Shown: positions 24,273-38,745, numbered from the whole stretch's first letter. The stretch is 63,757 nt of DNA, filler included, from Syncephalis fuscata S228 (GCA_025786725.1; 4 parts of 4 records of this genome joined end to end with filler, not necessarily neighbours in it); one strand, 5' to 3'. Notes: generated by a model not told the origin, from the sequence alone. Translations and numbers: made by a program.

Positions 24273-24744
24273 TATTTACTTGATTACCCTCTATTATACT
24301 GACTGCCTGTGTTAAATGGCTTTATCATATTAATTTATTTCTTTTAGTGCCCTCGCTATTTAACTGACAGCACGTTCTATAAAATGAGTAGTTTTCGGTA
24401 TTAAATGACACCAGTATTATTTGAACAAAAGCCAAATAGTCAGAGATAAAAACAGCAATTATTTTAGCTATCGGTGCTATTGTTGAATAACTAACAATAG
24501 AATGCATATTCAATATGTAAATACTGTCAAGTGCAAAGAAAAAGAAAGAAAAATGCATTGACGTAGATTATATGTTGTGTTATTAATATGAGTGGATTAA
24601 TACTGGTGTCATTTAACACCGAAAACTACTCATTTTATAGAACGTGCTGTCAGTTAAATAGCGAGGACACTAAAAGAAATAAATTAATGTGATAAAGCCA
24701 TTTAACACAGGCAGTCAGTATAATAGAGGGTAATCAAGTAAATA
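24273..24744. mobile_element. MITE-like element with 147-bp terminal inverted repeats and a 178-bp spacer
   Basis: 24273-24419 is the reverse complement of 24598-24744 with about 3 transition mismatches. No convincing coding capacity. Confidence 0.8.
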
Positions 24745-24920
24745 GTAATTTTAATATACGTTATCTAATATTAAAAAGGCAAATGCTATTGGCTGTGAGT
24801 TATTTTATTAAATTGAAATACATGTTCATGCGCCATATTATGTCAATAATTGAATGATGAATCGTTCGATTCAACGTTAGAAATGCTAACAATTGTCCAA
24901 TGTTATTGCTATTAATGCTA

Positions 24921-27900
24921 TCAATTCGTAATGGCGACAGTCTCGCTTATGGATACGGGTGTTGTGGGTACGACAATGGTGCTCTGTCCACTAGACGATG
25001 CATTCGACGCCACTCGGGCCAATTCTCTCCTCGTCAATGGGTCGGCCGATTCGTCCGTCTCTTGTGTTGGTGACGACGGTAGTGTATCCACGACCGATGT
25101 TGTGGCAATTGACTCGGTCTCTTGTGCCGATTCCTGATGCGAATAAGCTGTGCTACCCGATAGTCTAGGTGCTTCATCTGTGGGCGATTGAGGAAGTGGT
25201 GGTGGTGGGAAGGATGGGCGTACAGTAACCGGCTCATCCTTGGGCTCAATAATCAGACTCATTTCATAGAGTCGATCACTATTGCCGCCTGTCTTTGATG
25301 CACTAAGACGTTCTCGCAAATAGTCCTGCATTTCCTCGACCGCCATAAGATTATAATGAGTTTGGAATGATTGGATATTCTGTATAATTTTCACCATAGA
25401 GCGATATTTCTCAAAATTGATCAATTTATCCTGTGCCTGCTCCGATTTGACCAATCGATCCTTATAATCGGGATTACCATCAGCTGTAAAGGTGATATCC
25501 GTCAAGAAAATGCCTAAATTAAAGAAAGAACATTAGTAAATACTCATTAAAACAATTAATAAATACTTACCAAAGAATGGAATACAAGGTGGCGGTAATT
25601 GACGAATACGTTCACGGTATTCTTTGTAATTTTTGGTACGATCTACCTTTTGCTGTAGTGTTTGGAGCATCCATTTTGTTTTATTGGGAATTAACTAGCA
25701 TATAAACATAATAATAAATATAACTATCAATGTAAATATAAACTAAAACTTACCTCCCACGTTTTACGAAGACGATCTACAGGTGCCGATCGTATGGCAC
25801 TAAGAATAGCCATCATTGTGTTGTAGTTATTTAAAGATAAACATTTCTATATTTCATATGGTCAATATATGTTTAATATATGTGCCATTTAACCGCTACT
25901 TACATCTGCTAATTTAATATAGTATTTAAGAATAGATGCACGTCGCTTCAAATCATCTTCAAACAAGATTGATTCAGCCGTCCATGTAATAATCTGATTG
26001 CTAAGATCAGACATGCCACGAACATTGACCGCAATACGGCTATCCTTGCGCGTAAATTCTTGGTCAATCAATTCATACGGCTGAATGGCGCAGAATTGTT
26101 TGCCATCAATAATTGTAAGTTGGCGGGCCAATTCTAATGGATCAATATCGGTAACATTGACCAGATTTCGTGTTTTTAATGCCACTGAGATGTGACGTGG
26201 TAGATTGGGCGATGGAGGTGGTGCATCTGCAATACTATCTCGGCTGCCTAATGTAAATCGGTCAAGCTGCTTATTACGCGCCGTACGTGGTGACATTCTA
26301 CCGATGGACGATACAATAGTGGTCATATGACTTTCTTTGGTCTAATAACCATCGGTTATTCAGCTGTATATGTTTACTTGTAATAATTACCTTGCGTTCA
26401 ATCATTTCAAGTAAGGTAGTACTATCTTTTGGTGATACCTTGGTGCTTAATGTAATAAGTTCTTGTAGCTTGGACAATGCAACTTCGTCTTTACTATGGA
26501 AAAAGTATTTTTCTAACCATGTTTTAACCATATGAATAACACTGAATACATATTCACTCGATGGTTAATATTGAATAGTTGAAATGTTACTAAATAATAA
26601 TAGCTTACCGAATGCGAATGGGCTTCTGTTTTTGCCAACGCCATACTTCCATATCCTTTTCAGCCAACCCTTTGGGTGGCTTAATACGGAAACGTTCCAG
26701 CAATTGTTCAGCCAACTTTTCAGGCGTAGAAAAGCAGCGGAATGTAAGGAAGAAGATATTAACATAGTCTTCATCTAGATAAAACAATTAAACAAATATA
26801 TAGATTAATAAGTAACGTATCAATTAATCTAATCATTTTAAACTTACCTTTGGCCGTGTCGTGCGGCGTAAGACGTTCAACAAGAGCAGGCCATGTTCCA
26901 CCACTAATCTGGTTCTCCATATTATAACGAATGTCACCTTCTTCGTATTCATGAAGAAGATATTTTGGTTTTTGCATCTATATTTAAATTAATACCCATA
27001 CAAAGCTATACTAAACATAGTAACCTACATTACGTGCAGGTGGTGGTACACGCGGTGTATCAACACCAAATAGCTTCATCATCTTTGTATTGCTTCCTGT
27101 GCCAGTGTTTGTAGGACTACGCGAATAAGAATCGGGAATACGGCGATTGACCGAAGGATGGGTTGGACTCATCATATCGTGTGCAGTGCCAGTCGATGCC
27201 ATACGTTCACGAGACAGATTCTGCTTTTGCATTACGGTCATTTGTGCCTTACGCCCCATACTGCCACCCATCAATGGCGAATGGCCCTCTGAAGCAAGAT
27301 GATTGGCACTTGCCGATCGTAGCATAGGCTCCGATGACTTACGGCCATGTGGACCCATCATATGGCCATCTGGCCCGTTGTGATAGCCATACATATGCGC
27401 CATATGCGAGCCAGATGTGGCCGCTGCCTCTTCTTCTTCTCGTCGTTGTGCAGCAATACGTAGTGCAAACATTTGGCGTCCACTAAATACCAGGTCATTC
27501 AGTGCACTTTTAACACGAGCAATGCATGCTTTCAAGTATTCAAGTGCACCATCCGCTGGAAACTGATCAAGAGCAGCACCGGCTGAGTGCATCGATTTAA
27601 TCTCCGCAAATAATCGGTCACAATTGTCTGAAAATCGAATCGACCATTCACGGTCATCGATAGCACCGTGTCGTTCTGCACTAGGCGTGCGATTATCACC
27701 AATAAGCGAGAATAATTGACCAACTTCGTGTACTGTCTCTCGCACTAGCATTTGAAGCATAGATGGTTCAGTTCGTCCATGATCAACATGAGCTATTAGT
27801 CGATCCATAACACCGCTAATAGTTGCAGCCGATTGTTCCATTAAATCGCATAATTCAGCTGCTTCGCTATTAACAAGTGAATGCTGCTGCTGATGTTGTT

Positions 27901-29433
27901 GTAGCTGTCTATCGGAAATAAATGGTGTTGTTGGCGTGGCAAGCGGTGTACGGCCAGTAGGTGATACCATAGCACCAAGAGGACTAGTTGCCGAGTGTGT
28001 AAATTTATCGTTGCTAGCACTGCGATGAATTGTACGTTGTGCTGTTGGTGAACGTTGTTGTATTGCGATGGCAGAACTGGCCGACTGTGTCCGTGTCATG
28101 TTAATCAACGCTGGTGGTGGTGGCGGCTCTGTAATAAGCTCCAGCTGTAGTTCGGTAGCCATTAGAATAAATGATTTTACATGTTCAAGCACTCCTAATG
28201 CATGGGCGTGCATATTGGTCAGTGTATCGGCCGGTGGCGGTGCCTGATGAGCAATGATTTTACAAACTGCTACCAATCGATTTAACGAAACAAATAGATT
28301 CTGCCGTACATCACGCAGATTTGGGTACTGAGCCAAGGCCGGTGAGTCTTCTCCTTTAACACCGGTGTGATAAAGGAGGTTACGTACCGCACGTACTACG
28401 CTATTAGTAAAATTAATACATTCGTCACTGTTGAGTGTTTTCATGTTACGCAAATCGGCGATTGGCTGTAAAATGTTGTCAATAAGCATCTGCAGCGATA
28501 CAGTGGGTGGTTGTTGTGGCTGTTGATACATATGCTGTTGTTTATGCTGTTGTAGAGGCGTCATAGGCAAAGTAGATGTGTTCGATCGCACTGGAGCTGT
28601 ACGTGGTTGAGTAGTTGCCACTTTTCGACCACTGGCCGTAGTGGCAATAGACGTATCAATCGTCAATCCGTTCATTGAATTAGTAAGTGATCTGGGTAAA
28701 CTGCCTTGTGGCTATTATAACATATCACAATAATTGTTATTAAATGATTTACTTTAAAGCTGTATATTTATATATATCTATATTGGCTTACCTTGCCCAA
28801 TTCAATAGGCCTATCCTCCTATAATCAATCATATTATAACCATTGGTTAATTTACCGTCTATGCTATAAATAAAATAGCGAAGCTAGGCGCGTACTTACC
28901 TCTGTTGTCGAGTTATTGGCCGTCAATTGCTGCTCATCCTCCTCTTGGATGGCCGGTGTTGCATTAAACATGGGTGCGTGTGTATGACCATTGGTTGGTC
29001 GCTCGTCTTTACCGCGATGATTAGACCAATTCTGGTATTCCTTTCCTGTCGCTATGGCACCATTCGTCTTTTTAATTGCTTCACTATCGGATTCCTTTTC
29101 ATCGCCACTCTCAGCGACTTTCTCATCAGAGTCTGACCCAAGAGGCATCGCGACCGTTGATTGTTCCGTAATTACCTATCAACAATTAACGCACTAATCT
29201 TGCTTTATGTTGCATGAAATACCAACCTTGTCAACAATTTCTTGTGGTGCAGTAATAACATATTCACTGGGGAACCAGCCTCGTTCGCGGTTTTCATACA
29301 AAATACCATCCCACCAGCCAGAATTGTCCTGATTTACTACTAGGATGATATCGCCTCGATGTAAAGCAATACAGCCGTCCTCGGTGGGCGAATAGTCGTG
29401 CCGTGCCACGACCACATCCATAAGTCGTGTCAT
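24921..29433 (-). CDS. CDC25: SH3 + RasGEF_N + RasGEF domain Ras guanine-nucleotide exchange factor (CDC25-like), multi-exon
   Basis: SH3 motifs (ARHDY..SGWWDG..RGWFPSEYV), GGTWPALVERLT, FFLTFRCF, DPLELARQLT, PCIPFFG and DITF..DGNP..LINFEKY. Confidence 0.9.
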
Positions 29434-31185
29434 AATTGTTGATCAGCGTTATATGATAAATAAACGTATAAATTATTATTAAATAGACTGTATAAGTATA
29501 AATAATGTAGCTGTCAAAGTAGTGGTACGTCTTTACGACTGCTGGTTATGTATTTCTACTATCAGTATCGCTTATACGTCTTTGGGCTATTCTTATCGTA
29601 GGTGGTGGTGTCAATTGGTGTACGTCAATGGCATCCAGCGTCACTTCAAGTAGACAAGATAGGAATTGGTCCAACTACGTTTATACGATAGACCACATCC
29701 AACGTCAATGAACCAAACGCAATCAAATAGGTAATGATACGTTAAAATCGAATAAAAGGGAAGGAAGAGATGTAAGAAGTTGATGAAGCGGTAGTAGCAG
29801 TGGTATTAGTAATAGTAACAGAGGCAATAGCAATGATATATAAGTCAAAACACCAAGAGTACAGAAGAGGAGAGGTCTGGTATTAGTTGCCTAGTAAGTT
29901 TGGTGATAGCACAAGTTGTAATAGCCGGTCGTTCAACGAGTGTTACTTGTGCGCAGCAACACACAAACACGAATTACTGGCAAGATGTACACGTGCGCTC
30001 CGACTGCTGTTATTGCTGCTGCTGCTACTGCTCCTACTTACTGGCCCGCGGATACTAAATAGACGCAATTAAGAAAAGCTAGATAAACGTCAAGGATACA
30101 CTCACAGATTCGCACAAACAAACGCAGGTGTACTCGGTCACTAAAGTAAAAGTGTATACGCTGTTCAATAATAAACGTTTTAAGCAATAGATATCGCAAA
30201 ATAGATAAATTTAGGTTCTGTTTACAAGGAAAAATAAAGAAAGAGAGAAAGAAAGAAAGAACTTGGTGAAAGAAAGAGTGAGAGAGTAGGTACGAGAGAT
30301 GATTGCAGACCCTGTGAAAACCTTATGTTGACGGAGAAAGTAAACGTTGTGTATGTACACACTAATATAAACGAGGAAGACTTGTGAATAAGAAGAGTAT
30401 ATATTGAACGGGAACTCAAACGACGTGTCAAGGTCGGGAAATCAATTAGGCTAATAATAAGTACTATTTAGTCAATTAATATTGTTATATACGGAAACGG
30501 ACACTAACTAAAGGGCGAGCAAATAGATGAACGAAGAAGCAAACAAGCAAGCGTACAACCGATGAAAGAAGAGAATAGGATGGTTCGATATCAACTAGAT
30601 AGGAGATACAGTAGCTGTTGTCGGTTGTAATACATATAAAACGAAGCAACTACTATTTATCGTATTATTAATAAAAAACTGTATAGTAAAAAGAAATTTA
30701 ATTGTAATAGTAAAAGTACTCGTAGCAATAACAAGAAATAGAATTACTATTATAAAGAGGGAGTGTATATATATACACATAAATGGGGTCAGCCATGGAT
30801 GAACCAAATCTGTAGACATGTACTTACATTGCACGCGTGTAAGCGCGTGTGGATGGGCACGCGTGAAGTACATGCATTATCCGTGCAGTCCATGTGTTTG
30901 TATCTGTGTGTGTAGATGTTGTTGTTAGCCAACCGGTTACTAAACATACTAATATTTTGATGACATTTCCTTTATCATTATCCGGTTTTATTTAATGGTA
31001 AAAATACCATGATAGCTACCGATCATTTAATAAGCTATTAACGTTTTTTGTTTGTTAATAGCAATAGTAAACGTATTATTGCCATTGATGTTATTATTAC
31101 CATTGGCATCATTATTATAGTTACATTATCATTACAAGTACAATTACAATTACACCGTTATTGTTATTATAATAATCAATAGTAT

Positions 31186-32972
31186 TTATTGAAGTACATC
31201 ACGGGATAATGCATCCGGTGCATGGGATCGAGAACCAATACGGCCACTATACCGTGTATCACCCAACTGCAGTACCATATGAGCCATGCCAGTACGCTGC
31301 TGACGCACCTGTAATGCTGCGGCCGATCCTAATGGTGTATCATTGCTGGGCATGGCATCGAGACGTTGTTGTTCTGCCATTTGTTTCATTCGCTTCTCCG
31401 TCTTTGCCTTGCCAGATTGCTTTCCATGGAACTTGTGTGATAATTCACGGAAGGCCTAAATAAAAGTGTTGTTAATAAGTGTGCGTGCCATTATAACAGC
31501 ATCGTATTAATTTACCTCTTTCTGATTCAAGCGATGGCCATGTTTATCCATATAGACCAGATCGACTTGTGGCTGATATTCACGCATCATCGAGTCCCAT
31601 TCTCTTTGTCGTCGCTGTTCCTGGTAGCGGGCTTCTTCTTCATGACGTTCACGTTCACGTTCAAGGGCGTGACCACCTCGTTTGCCAGATTGAGCGGCTG
31701 CTTCTCGCCGAAGTTGTTTCTCTGCTTCTCTTTCTCGATCCATACGGGCATATTGTTTTTGCATTTCTTGCTTAAATTCAATTTGTTTGTGTGCCATGCG
31801 TGCATTACGTAATTCCTTTTCTGAAGGATTAACTGCCAAGCCTGGTATGATGATCATATTTAATATTAATATTATTGTCAACGATTCATCTAATAGCCTC
31901 TTACCTTTTTGACGTAGTAAAGCCATAGTGGCGCCGAGACCTGTGGCTACCAATGGTTCATCGCTGATGGCCGTCTCCTAATTATTATAAAACTATAAGC
32001 TATTATCATTGTAATATTTGGTTTGATTTACCTTTTCTGCTGCTCGTTCTGGATCCAATTCTTCGTCTTCCTTTTCTTCTTCACCATCTTCATTCTTTAC
32101 TATAGCCGAGTCGATTTCCATTGCGTTAGCTGTATTAAAATCGGTCATGCCAATATCGGTAGGTTCACGTTTGACCGCTATATTATCTGTCAAACTGCCT
32201 CGATTATCTGTATCTTCTTCCTTCTTGGTGGGTAATAGTACATCAAGGGTAAGCCCACGTACAAACTCTGTAGTATCTGAGAATACAAGTTCATTGTTAC
32301 CATTATTAGGATTGGCATCTGTATCATTGGCAGCATTCCACGATTCATCTTCATTATCCGATGCTTCTCTAATACGTTTAACTAGTATAATAATTAATAA
32401 TTAATAATTAATAATTAATAATTAATAATTATATATATATATATATTCTGTACGTTTCATACCTTGTTCAGCAATCTCTTCTGCTGCACTACGTTTATTA
32501 CGCTTCTTGGTTGCAGTTTTACGAGCTAGTGCTAACGCCTGTTGTAAATCATCATCATCAACCAGATTAGTGGTTGATAGATCAGCTCGAGCAATAATAT
32601 CTGGCTTTTCCTCGACATCTAATGCCATGGCTAATTCATCGGGTATTGCTTGTTCAGTCGTTGATGTTGATTGTGGTCGTCGACGTACTTTTCGCCCCTT
32701 CTTACTTTGGCGTGACTTTCTAAATGTAACATCTGCTTCTTCTTGTGTATAATAATCGCTCATAATTTGCATTTCTTATTTATTCTGGTCAGTTTATATG
32801 ATATATTATTACTGTTTGTTACACTTACTTGTATAATCAAGTGTTTCTCCTTCAGCACGTAATCTATCGGTGACAGTCTGTCGTGATTGGTCATTTGGTG
32901 GTTGATCAGGATCTTTACCTAACATAAAACTCTAATATAATAGATGTTTATTAAATATAAGGATAAATTATA

Positions 32973-33011
<39 letters not shown>

Positions 33012-33997
33012 GCAATAGTTAATTAAAACTACTTACTTTAGATTTTACACCATCAATGACATCATCGTAATGGGAAAGAATTGTTGGCTTATTGCCAATC
33101 GTGGTAGAAAATTCTTCATCGTCGTATCCCGTATAAATGGGCCGTTTTTTCCTATTCTCTAAATTACGTTCCAATCGACTCTTTTCTGCCAAATGAATAC
33201 TTTCCAGCTGGTCTCCTTCCTCTAATAAGTTTATTAATATTAATAGAATTAATTATTTTAATTAATTACCTTCATTTTCCATAATAGTCGAGTCTTTAAG
33301 TACTAGTACTTGTTCTTCGCCTTCTTGGAATTCTGATAGATCATGAGCTACCTTTAATCCTTTTAGATGTTCTATATTATTATTATTGTAAGTTATAGGC
33401 AGACTTATAATATTCCATGCTATTAATTCACTTACCGGCTGAATAGTCCGACTGGCCATTAGCAGCAATCTCATCCTGTTCTTCTAGCTGTTGAGCACGT
33501 TTTGCCGCAAGTGCTCGTTCTTTGGCTTTGGCACGGTCTGCCTGTCGATTACGACGCACCCAGTCTACTGCGCTAACCTCACCTGACTGTACATCAGCCT
33601 CACCTAGCCCCTTTCCTTCTAGCTTTTTTGATAGTTTAGCGCGATTCTGCAATCTAAACAAAGGTAGTAAGCGAATGCATGTTAGTTGCTATTTCCAGTT
33701 ATTGTTCAGACTACCAATGCGCTTACTTTTCAATCTTGTTCTTAATTGCTTTCTCTTCGGCTGCCTTTTTCTCTTTATCTCGTTGTTCGCGATAGTTACG
33801 CTCAGCTGTTACAGTAGCATTTGATGGTCCAGCCTCCAATGGCTTTAATCCCAAACTAATACGCAATTTACTATATAAATACAACACGATTAGTACAAAG
33901 CACAGTCATCGCTTACAATTCTGCTGCTAATAGCTTACTTGGTCTCCTCGAGAGAGAGCGAGATCTCATCCGCATTCGAATTATTGTCATCGGCCAT
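31186..33997 (-). CDS. SNU66: U4/U6.U5 tri-snRNP protein SART1/Snu66, multi-exon
   Basis: HIND motif SLSLEETNKLRISLGLKPL, GLKVAHD, LVLKDS, DDDDLQQALA, EPLVATGLGATMALLRQKG, and AFRELSHKFHGKQSGKAKTEKRMK. Confidence 0.93.
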
Positions 33998-34869
33998 TTT
34001 GAAAAAAGATAAAAACAATCAATGTAAAGAATGTGAGTTAAAGAAAATCCACCAATTTTATTGAAACAGATCATGTTACTTGTATGACTGTGACTTAATC
34101 ACACCAAACATCCACTTATTAGTAAGCGTTTAAGCACTACAAATGTAATAATATAAACAAACAGTATAGACTTGCATATTTACATTCTTTAAATTATAAA
34201 ATACATAAAACTTGTGATTAAACCATAAATATGTAGATTGGTTGCTTAAATACCATAATCCAGATAACACTTTAAGAACTGATGACAAGTCATATACTTA
34301 AGGAATGCCTATTGATTTAATATCTTTTTTAAGACGATGATTTAAATTATCAATCTAGTGGGTCATACAAGTAGCTATACCCCACTATAGTCTTATTTAG
34401 TAGAAATAATGAACTTATATTTGTTTGATAATTGGCCATTGGAAGTATTTCTATTCATTATTTGTAGTTTATGTTCTTTATACAATTGATTATAACAATG
34501 AAACAGCATTAAATAATCACAAAATAATTAAAATTAACTTTTAAATACTATGCATAAACATTGGTAATAAAACCACAAATAGTTAAACTATAGTGAGGAA
34601 ATACGTAAATTAAATCATTAAAACATGCAATAATTGAGTAAATTGCATGACATAAAAATAGCTTAAATAGTTTCTATTACAATGCAATCGTTATTATGTA
34701 ATGTAGTAAATAAACTAAATGATTGGCTAATATGCTGCACACTATTATTCAATGTTACAATAAACAAAAGATCCATTTAAAACAAGATTGTATATCATAA
34801 AAGTATCTATTAATCAATATATTTCAGTGTTTATTTTTGAATAAATCATAAATGCAGCCAACTCATAAC

Positions 34870-36245
34870 TTAAGGACGAATGCTTTCAACATATTCAATC
34901 ATGGCACCCAAGGTCCAGCCAAATTTACCAGCAGGACTTTGGTCAACAAAGTTGAATTCACGATCAATTGGCAGACGATAGCTGTCCACGGCCAATCCTA
35001 ATAACAAAGCAGCGCCAAAGCATGTCGAGTCGGTCGATTCATCGTTGTCCGAGTCATCATCCGAGTTCTTCTCCTTCAAATTGTTTCCACCGCTTTGGCA
35101 GGCCTTTTGGGCCGCGTTCTGGATACATTTCATGCTGGATTTACCAGTGCATTGAAGTTGTTCAGCAATATCATAGTAGTTACCAGTACCGAATACTGGC
35201 ATGTCGGCTGGGATATCTGGCTGGTAGACACTATTGATGGCGCATGGCTCAACTGCACAGACTGAGTTGCGACCAAGTAGTGTTCGGCGAACAACTTCAC
35301 GACAGCCTTCAAAATTACCTCGACCAATTAGCTTAACAGTACGTCCATTCACCACAAAGCTCTGAGTAACGCCATTGGGTGTGCATGGATCTTGGATTTC
35401 AGTGCTGTTATTGCCATCGGCGAGTACTTCAACCATACGTTTGCGGGCTTCGCCAACACCAAGGCCTAAGTAAGAGTGGGCGTACAATTCGTAGGATGTT
35501 TCGTTGACCTGAGTGGTATAGGCGCCCTTCAAAGGAGTGGTGGCTGGTTTGAATGTAACCTGTGTCGAGCCGTTGCCAAGATCAAGTGCAGCAATAGTTT
35601 GTGGTTTGTCCGAACCATGCAGTGTATTCATTAGTGTATTAGTGGTGATCCATCCATAGATACCCTCTTGTTCTCCTGTAATGATTTGAGCACCAGACTT
35701 GCTATCAAAATTGAATGGAACCTTGTTTTTGTTACCCAAGAACGCAGCAACAGCATCCATCACTTGTTGACGACGAGCTTCAGGTAATAGTCGTAGACCA
35801 GCAGTGGCCTTTAGGAAAATTGGTGTGTTGGAGTGATATTCCGATGGAATAAACTTTTTGGCCTTTTCAATCAATGGCAAAAGATATTCGGCAACCTTAG
35901 CTGGTTCTTGCGCGGCTAGGCCCGGTGCTACTTTAGCTTTTTGTTGTTTTCCGCCCTTTTTGAACATTGGATTAACGGCAACGTGTGGATTTTTGGCAGT
36001 TACACTTTGCCAGTAATATGGATAAATTCGTGTACCACCCGAGCCAGCATCGATAATCAAGGCATAATTGATGGCTGAAGCCTTAGCCGGCTTATCTGAA
36101 TATGGTTGAGCAGCATAGGCATATGATGGTGGTGGCGGTTATAGCTTCTGGCTGGAGTAGCTTCAGCAGTATTAGATAGATTGACTGTGACCAGCATGGT
36201 GGATGCAAGCCAAGAGGCTTGTACTAACTGAATAAATAGATTCAT
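34870..36245 (-). CDS. Secreted GDA1/CD39-family apyrase (copy 1), intronless, apparent frameshift near 36120
   Basis: Apyrase conserved regions DAGSGGTR, ATAGLR, GEQEG, DLGNGSTQ and WTLG. The signal peptide lies in ORF 36057-36245, in another frame. Confidence 0.88.
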
Positions 36246-37338
36246 AATAATTGTAACAAATGTGACGTATTAGCAAAAAATGCTTACTAGAATACTGAAA
36301 AAATGGAAAAGTAGTGCAATTTAGAGTAGCGATAGCAACATATAGAATTCAAATCAGGGAATTTTATTTTAATAAAGGAGCAATTTATAAGAGCGATGGT
36401 CGTTAGTTTCACATCTACATCATTCTGCTACACGAAGTCGCACCGTGCTTTATCACGAAACACAAGGCCTTATGCGTAGAAGCTACTATACACTAGTTAA
36501 GGCGAAGATGACCAAAGCAATTTTATTAGATATGGCATGTGACAGAAGTTACCATCAAACGCGCTGGTGTACTATGACCACAGTATCAGTAATAGATAGC
36601 GACCTTTTTGGTCTTGTCAGGTTATTTAATTCGCCAATGGTCAGGCCTTTCATACGCTGTAACTCTTGCTCAATACACAAATGTAAAGGAGATAAATCCG
36701 GCAATATGTCATTAATTAATTGTTACTCAGTTATAATATCGTTGCACGCGTGGCTGGAAACCGTAATTAATTTAATAAAACATGACTTTTATTTACAATT
36801 ATATATTTTTTATTCCTTAGATTCTAACATTTAGTGCATAGCTATGAAACGGCTGTTCCATTCGTACTACAACGCTCCTGTTGCCTTTTTTGTTTTTGGG
36901 TGTGCACTACGTAATTTGTATAAATGGCATTTATTGCTTTTGTGTATTGAAGTTACACAACTTGCAATAGCCAATAGATGTCTTCTAGTCTTCTCATACA
37001 TTGTGTTTCATTTTCGGTGAATATGCCGCCATGTGTATCACACAAGCAAGCTTGCGGACTGTATAGGATAGGCCACCATTTGCGGACTCCACAAAACATG
37101 TCACTTCATTGGCACAGTTATAGCTGTCTGAAAATCCCTTGCAATCAATATTGCACATAAAATATTGTACTACAAACATTCCTGGATTAAATATTTGTTT
37201 GTGTTTTAATAAATAATTAGTACCATTTAGTTATTATTAATAATTACTGGTACGCATTTAAAACGTATCATTAATGGAAACAATGTTTAGTGTGTAACTG
37301 TCATATCGTATTTTTTATTAATAAAAAAACAGCCATCA

Positions 37339-38745
37339 TTATTTTGATACGCGTTCAGCGATATTAAGTCCAATGTCGTTAGCGATATTGACCATTGCAC
37401 CAAGTGCCCAGCTTAGCGTGCCAGTGGGTAGTGAGTCGGAGAACTCAACAGTTCGGTCGAGGGGAATACGATAGCTATCGTGTAGCAATGCAATTGATAA
37501 AGCGGCATTAAAACAAATATTGTTCAAGAACGGAGTATTTTTAAATGCCTGTTTGGCAGCAGTATTTGATAGGTGACTGCATTTGTCTTCTGCCGCACGG
37601 AGTAAACAACCTACTGTTGATGTTCCATCACATCCGAACAACTTGGCCGTATAATAATAACTGCCTGTAGCGTAAATAGGCATTTTTTCCGGAATATCAG
37701 GCTGATGGACTCCATTAATAGCACACGGATCGGTGGCGCAGAAGTTGCCACGGCCCAAAAGAGCCTGGCTAAGAATGGCGCGGCATCGGCCAAACTCGCC
37801 CTTACCTACCAGTGTTACAGTGCGATTATTGACATCAAACGAGGTAGTTGTGCCCAAGAATAGGCAAGGATCGCTAATAAGTCGCTGGCTCTTTGAATCC
37901 ATCAATGATGCCACCATTCGTTTGCGCGCCTCATCAGAACCAAGCATCAAGTAGGAATGTGTGTAGAGATCATGTGTAGTGCCGTTAACACGGCTAGCAT
38001 AGGCACCTTCTAAAGGAGCGACTGTAGGTTCGAAAGTGATTTGCGTGGAGGCACCACCAAGATCAAGAGTAGCCACTGTTTGCTCATTCTTTGATAACAG
38101 TCGGCCCAGCAGGCTGTTGGCAGCCAGCCAGCCAAACAATCCTTCGTGCTCGCCAGGAATAACTTGGGCACCCACTTTTGTATCAAATTTGAAAGGCACT
38201 TCTGTCTTATTGCTCATAAAAGCGGCAACTGCATCGATAAGTGCCTGGCGTTGCTGGCGAGGAACAAGGCGCATACCGGCCGTAGCCTTTAAATAAATGT
38301 AAGTGTTGGCATGGTGGCTTTGGGGAATAAACTGGGTAGCATTCTGGATTAGTGGTCGAAGATATTCAGCAACATTTTGAGGCTGCTGCGCTGATAAGCC
38401 AGGCGTAACTTTTGCTTCTAACTGTTTTTTGCCCTCTTTATCAAGTAATGGATAAACGGCAACTTGTGTCTGGTTGAGTCGAATACTGCTCCAGTAGAAT
38501 GGATAGATTCGACTACCACTGCTACCTGCATCAATAAGTAGACCATAACTAATATCATCAGTTATTGTTGATGGATTTGCAGTAGTAGCAGTAGCAGCAC
38601 TATCAGCAGTAGCACTATCAGCAGTAGCGAATTTAATAGGACCTTCAAGAAATGGCAATGTTGCACCAATACTTGATGATACTAGACTAGTCGCAAAAAG
38701 CGTAATAGTTATGGTAACGTGTACCAAGCGAGCCAGTCGATTCAT
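37339..38745 (-). CDS. Secreted GDA1/CD39-family apyrase (copy 2), intronless
   Basis: DAGSSGSR, ATAGMR, GEHEG, DLGGASTQ and WALG motifs, an N-terminal hydrophobic signal, and no C-terminal TM. Confidence 0.93.
   Translation of the reverse strand: MNRLARLVHVTITITLFATSLVSSSIGATLPFLEGPIKFATADSATADSAATATTANPSTITDDISYGLLIDAGSSGSRIYPFYWSSIRLNQTQVAVYPLLDKEGKKQLEAKVTPGLSAQQPQNVAEYLRPLIQNATQFIPQSHHANTYIYLKATAGMRLVPRQQRQALIDAVAAFMSNKTEVPFKFDTKVGAQVIPGEHEGLFGWLAANSLLGRLLSKNEQTVATLDLGGASTQITFEPTVAPLEGAYASRVNGTTHDLYTHSYLMLGSDEARKRMVASLMDSKSQRLISDPCLFLGTTTSFDVNNRTVTLVGKGEFGRCRAILSQALLGRGNFCATDPCAINGVHQPDIPEKMPIYATGSYYYTAKLFGCDGTSTVGCLLRAAEDKCSHLSNTAAKQAFKNTPFLNNICFNAALSIALLHDSYRIPLDRTVEFSDSLPTGTLSWALGAMVNIANDIGLNIAERVSK

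Noticed and set aside
32385-33010. (AATTAAT)n, (TA)n and (TTA)n tracts
   Set aside because: Ordinary intronic microsatellites within SNU66.
36060-36140. Programmed frameshift in apyrase 1
   Set aside because: No slippery heptamer is evident, and several genes in the window show isolated indels, so sequencing error or a recent mutation is more likely.
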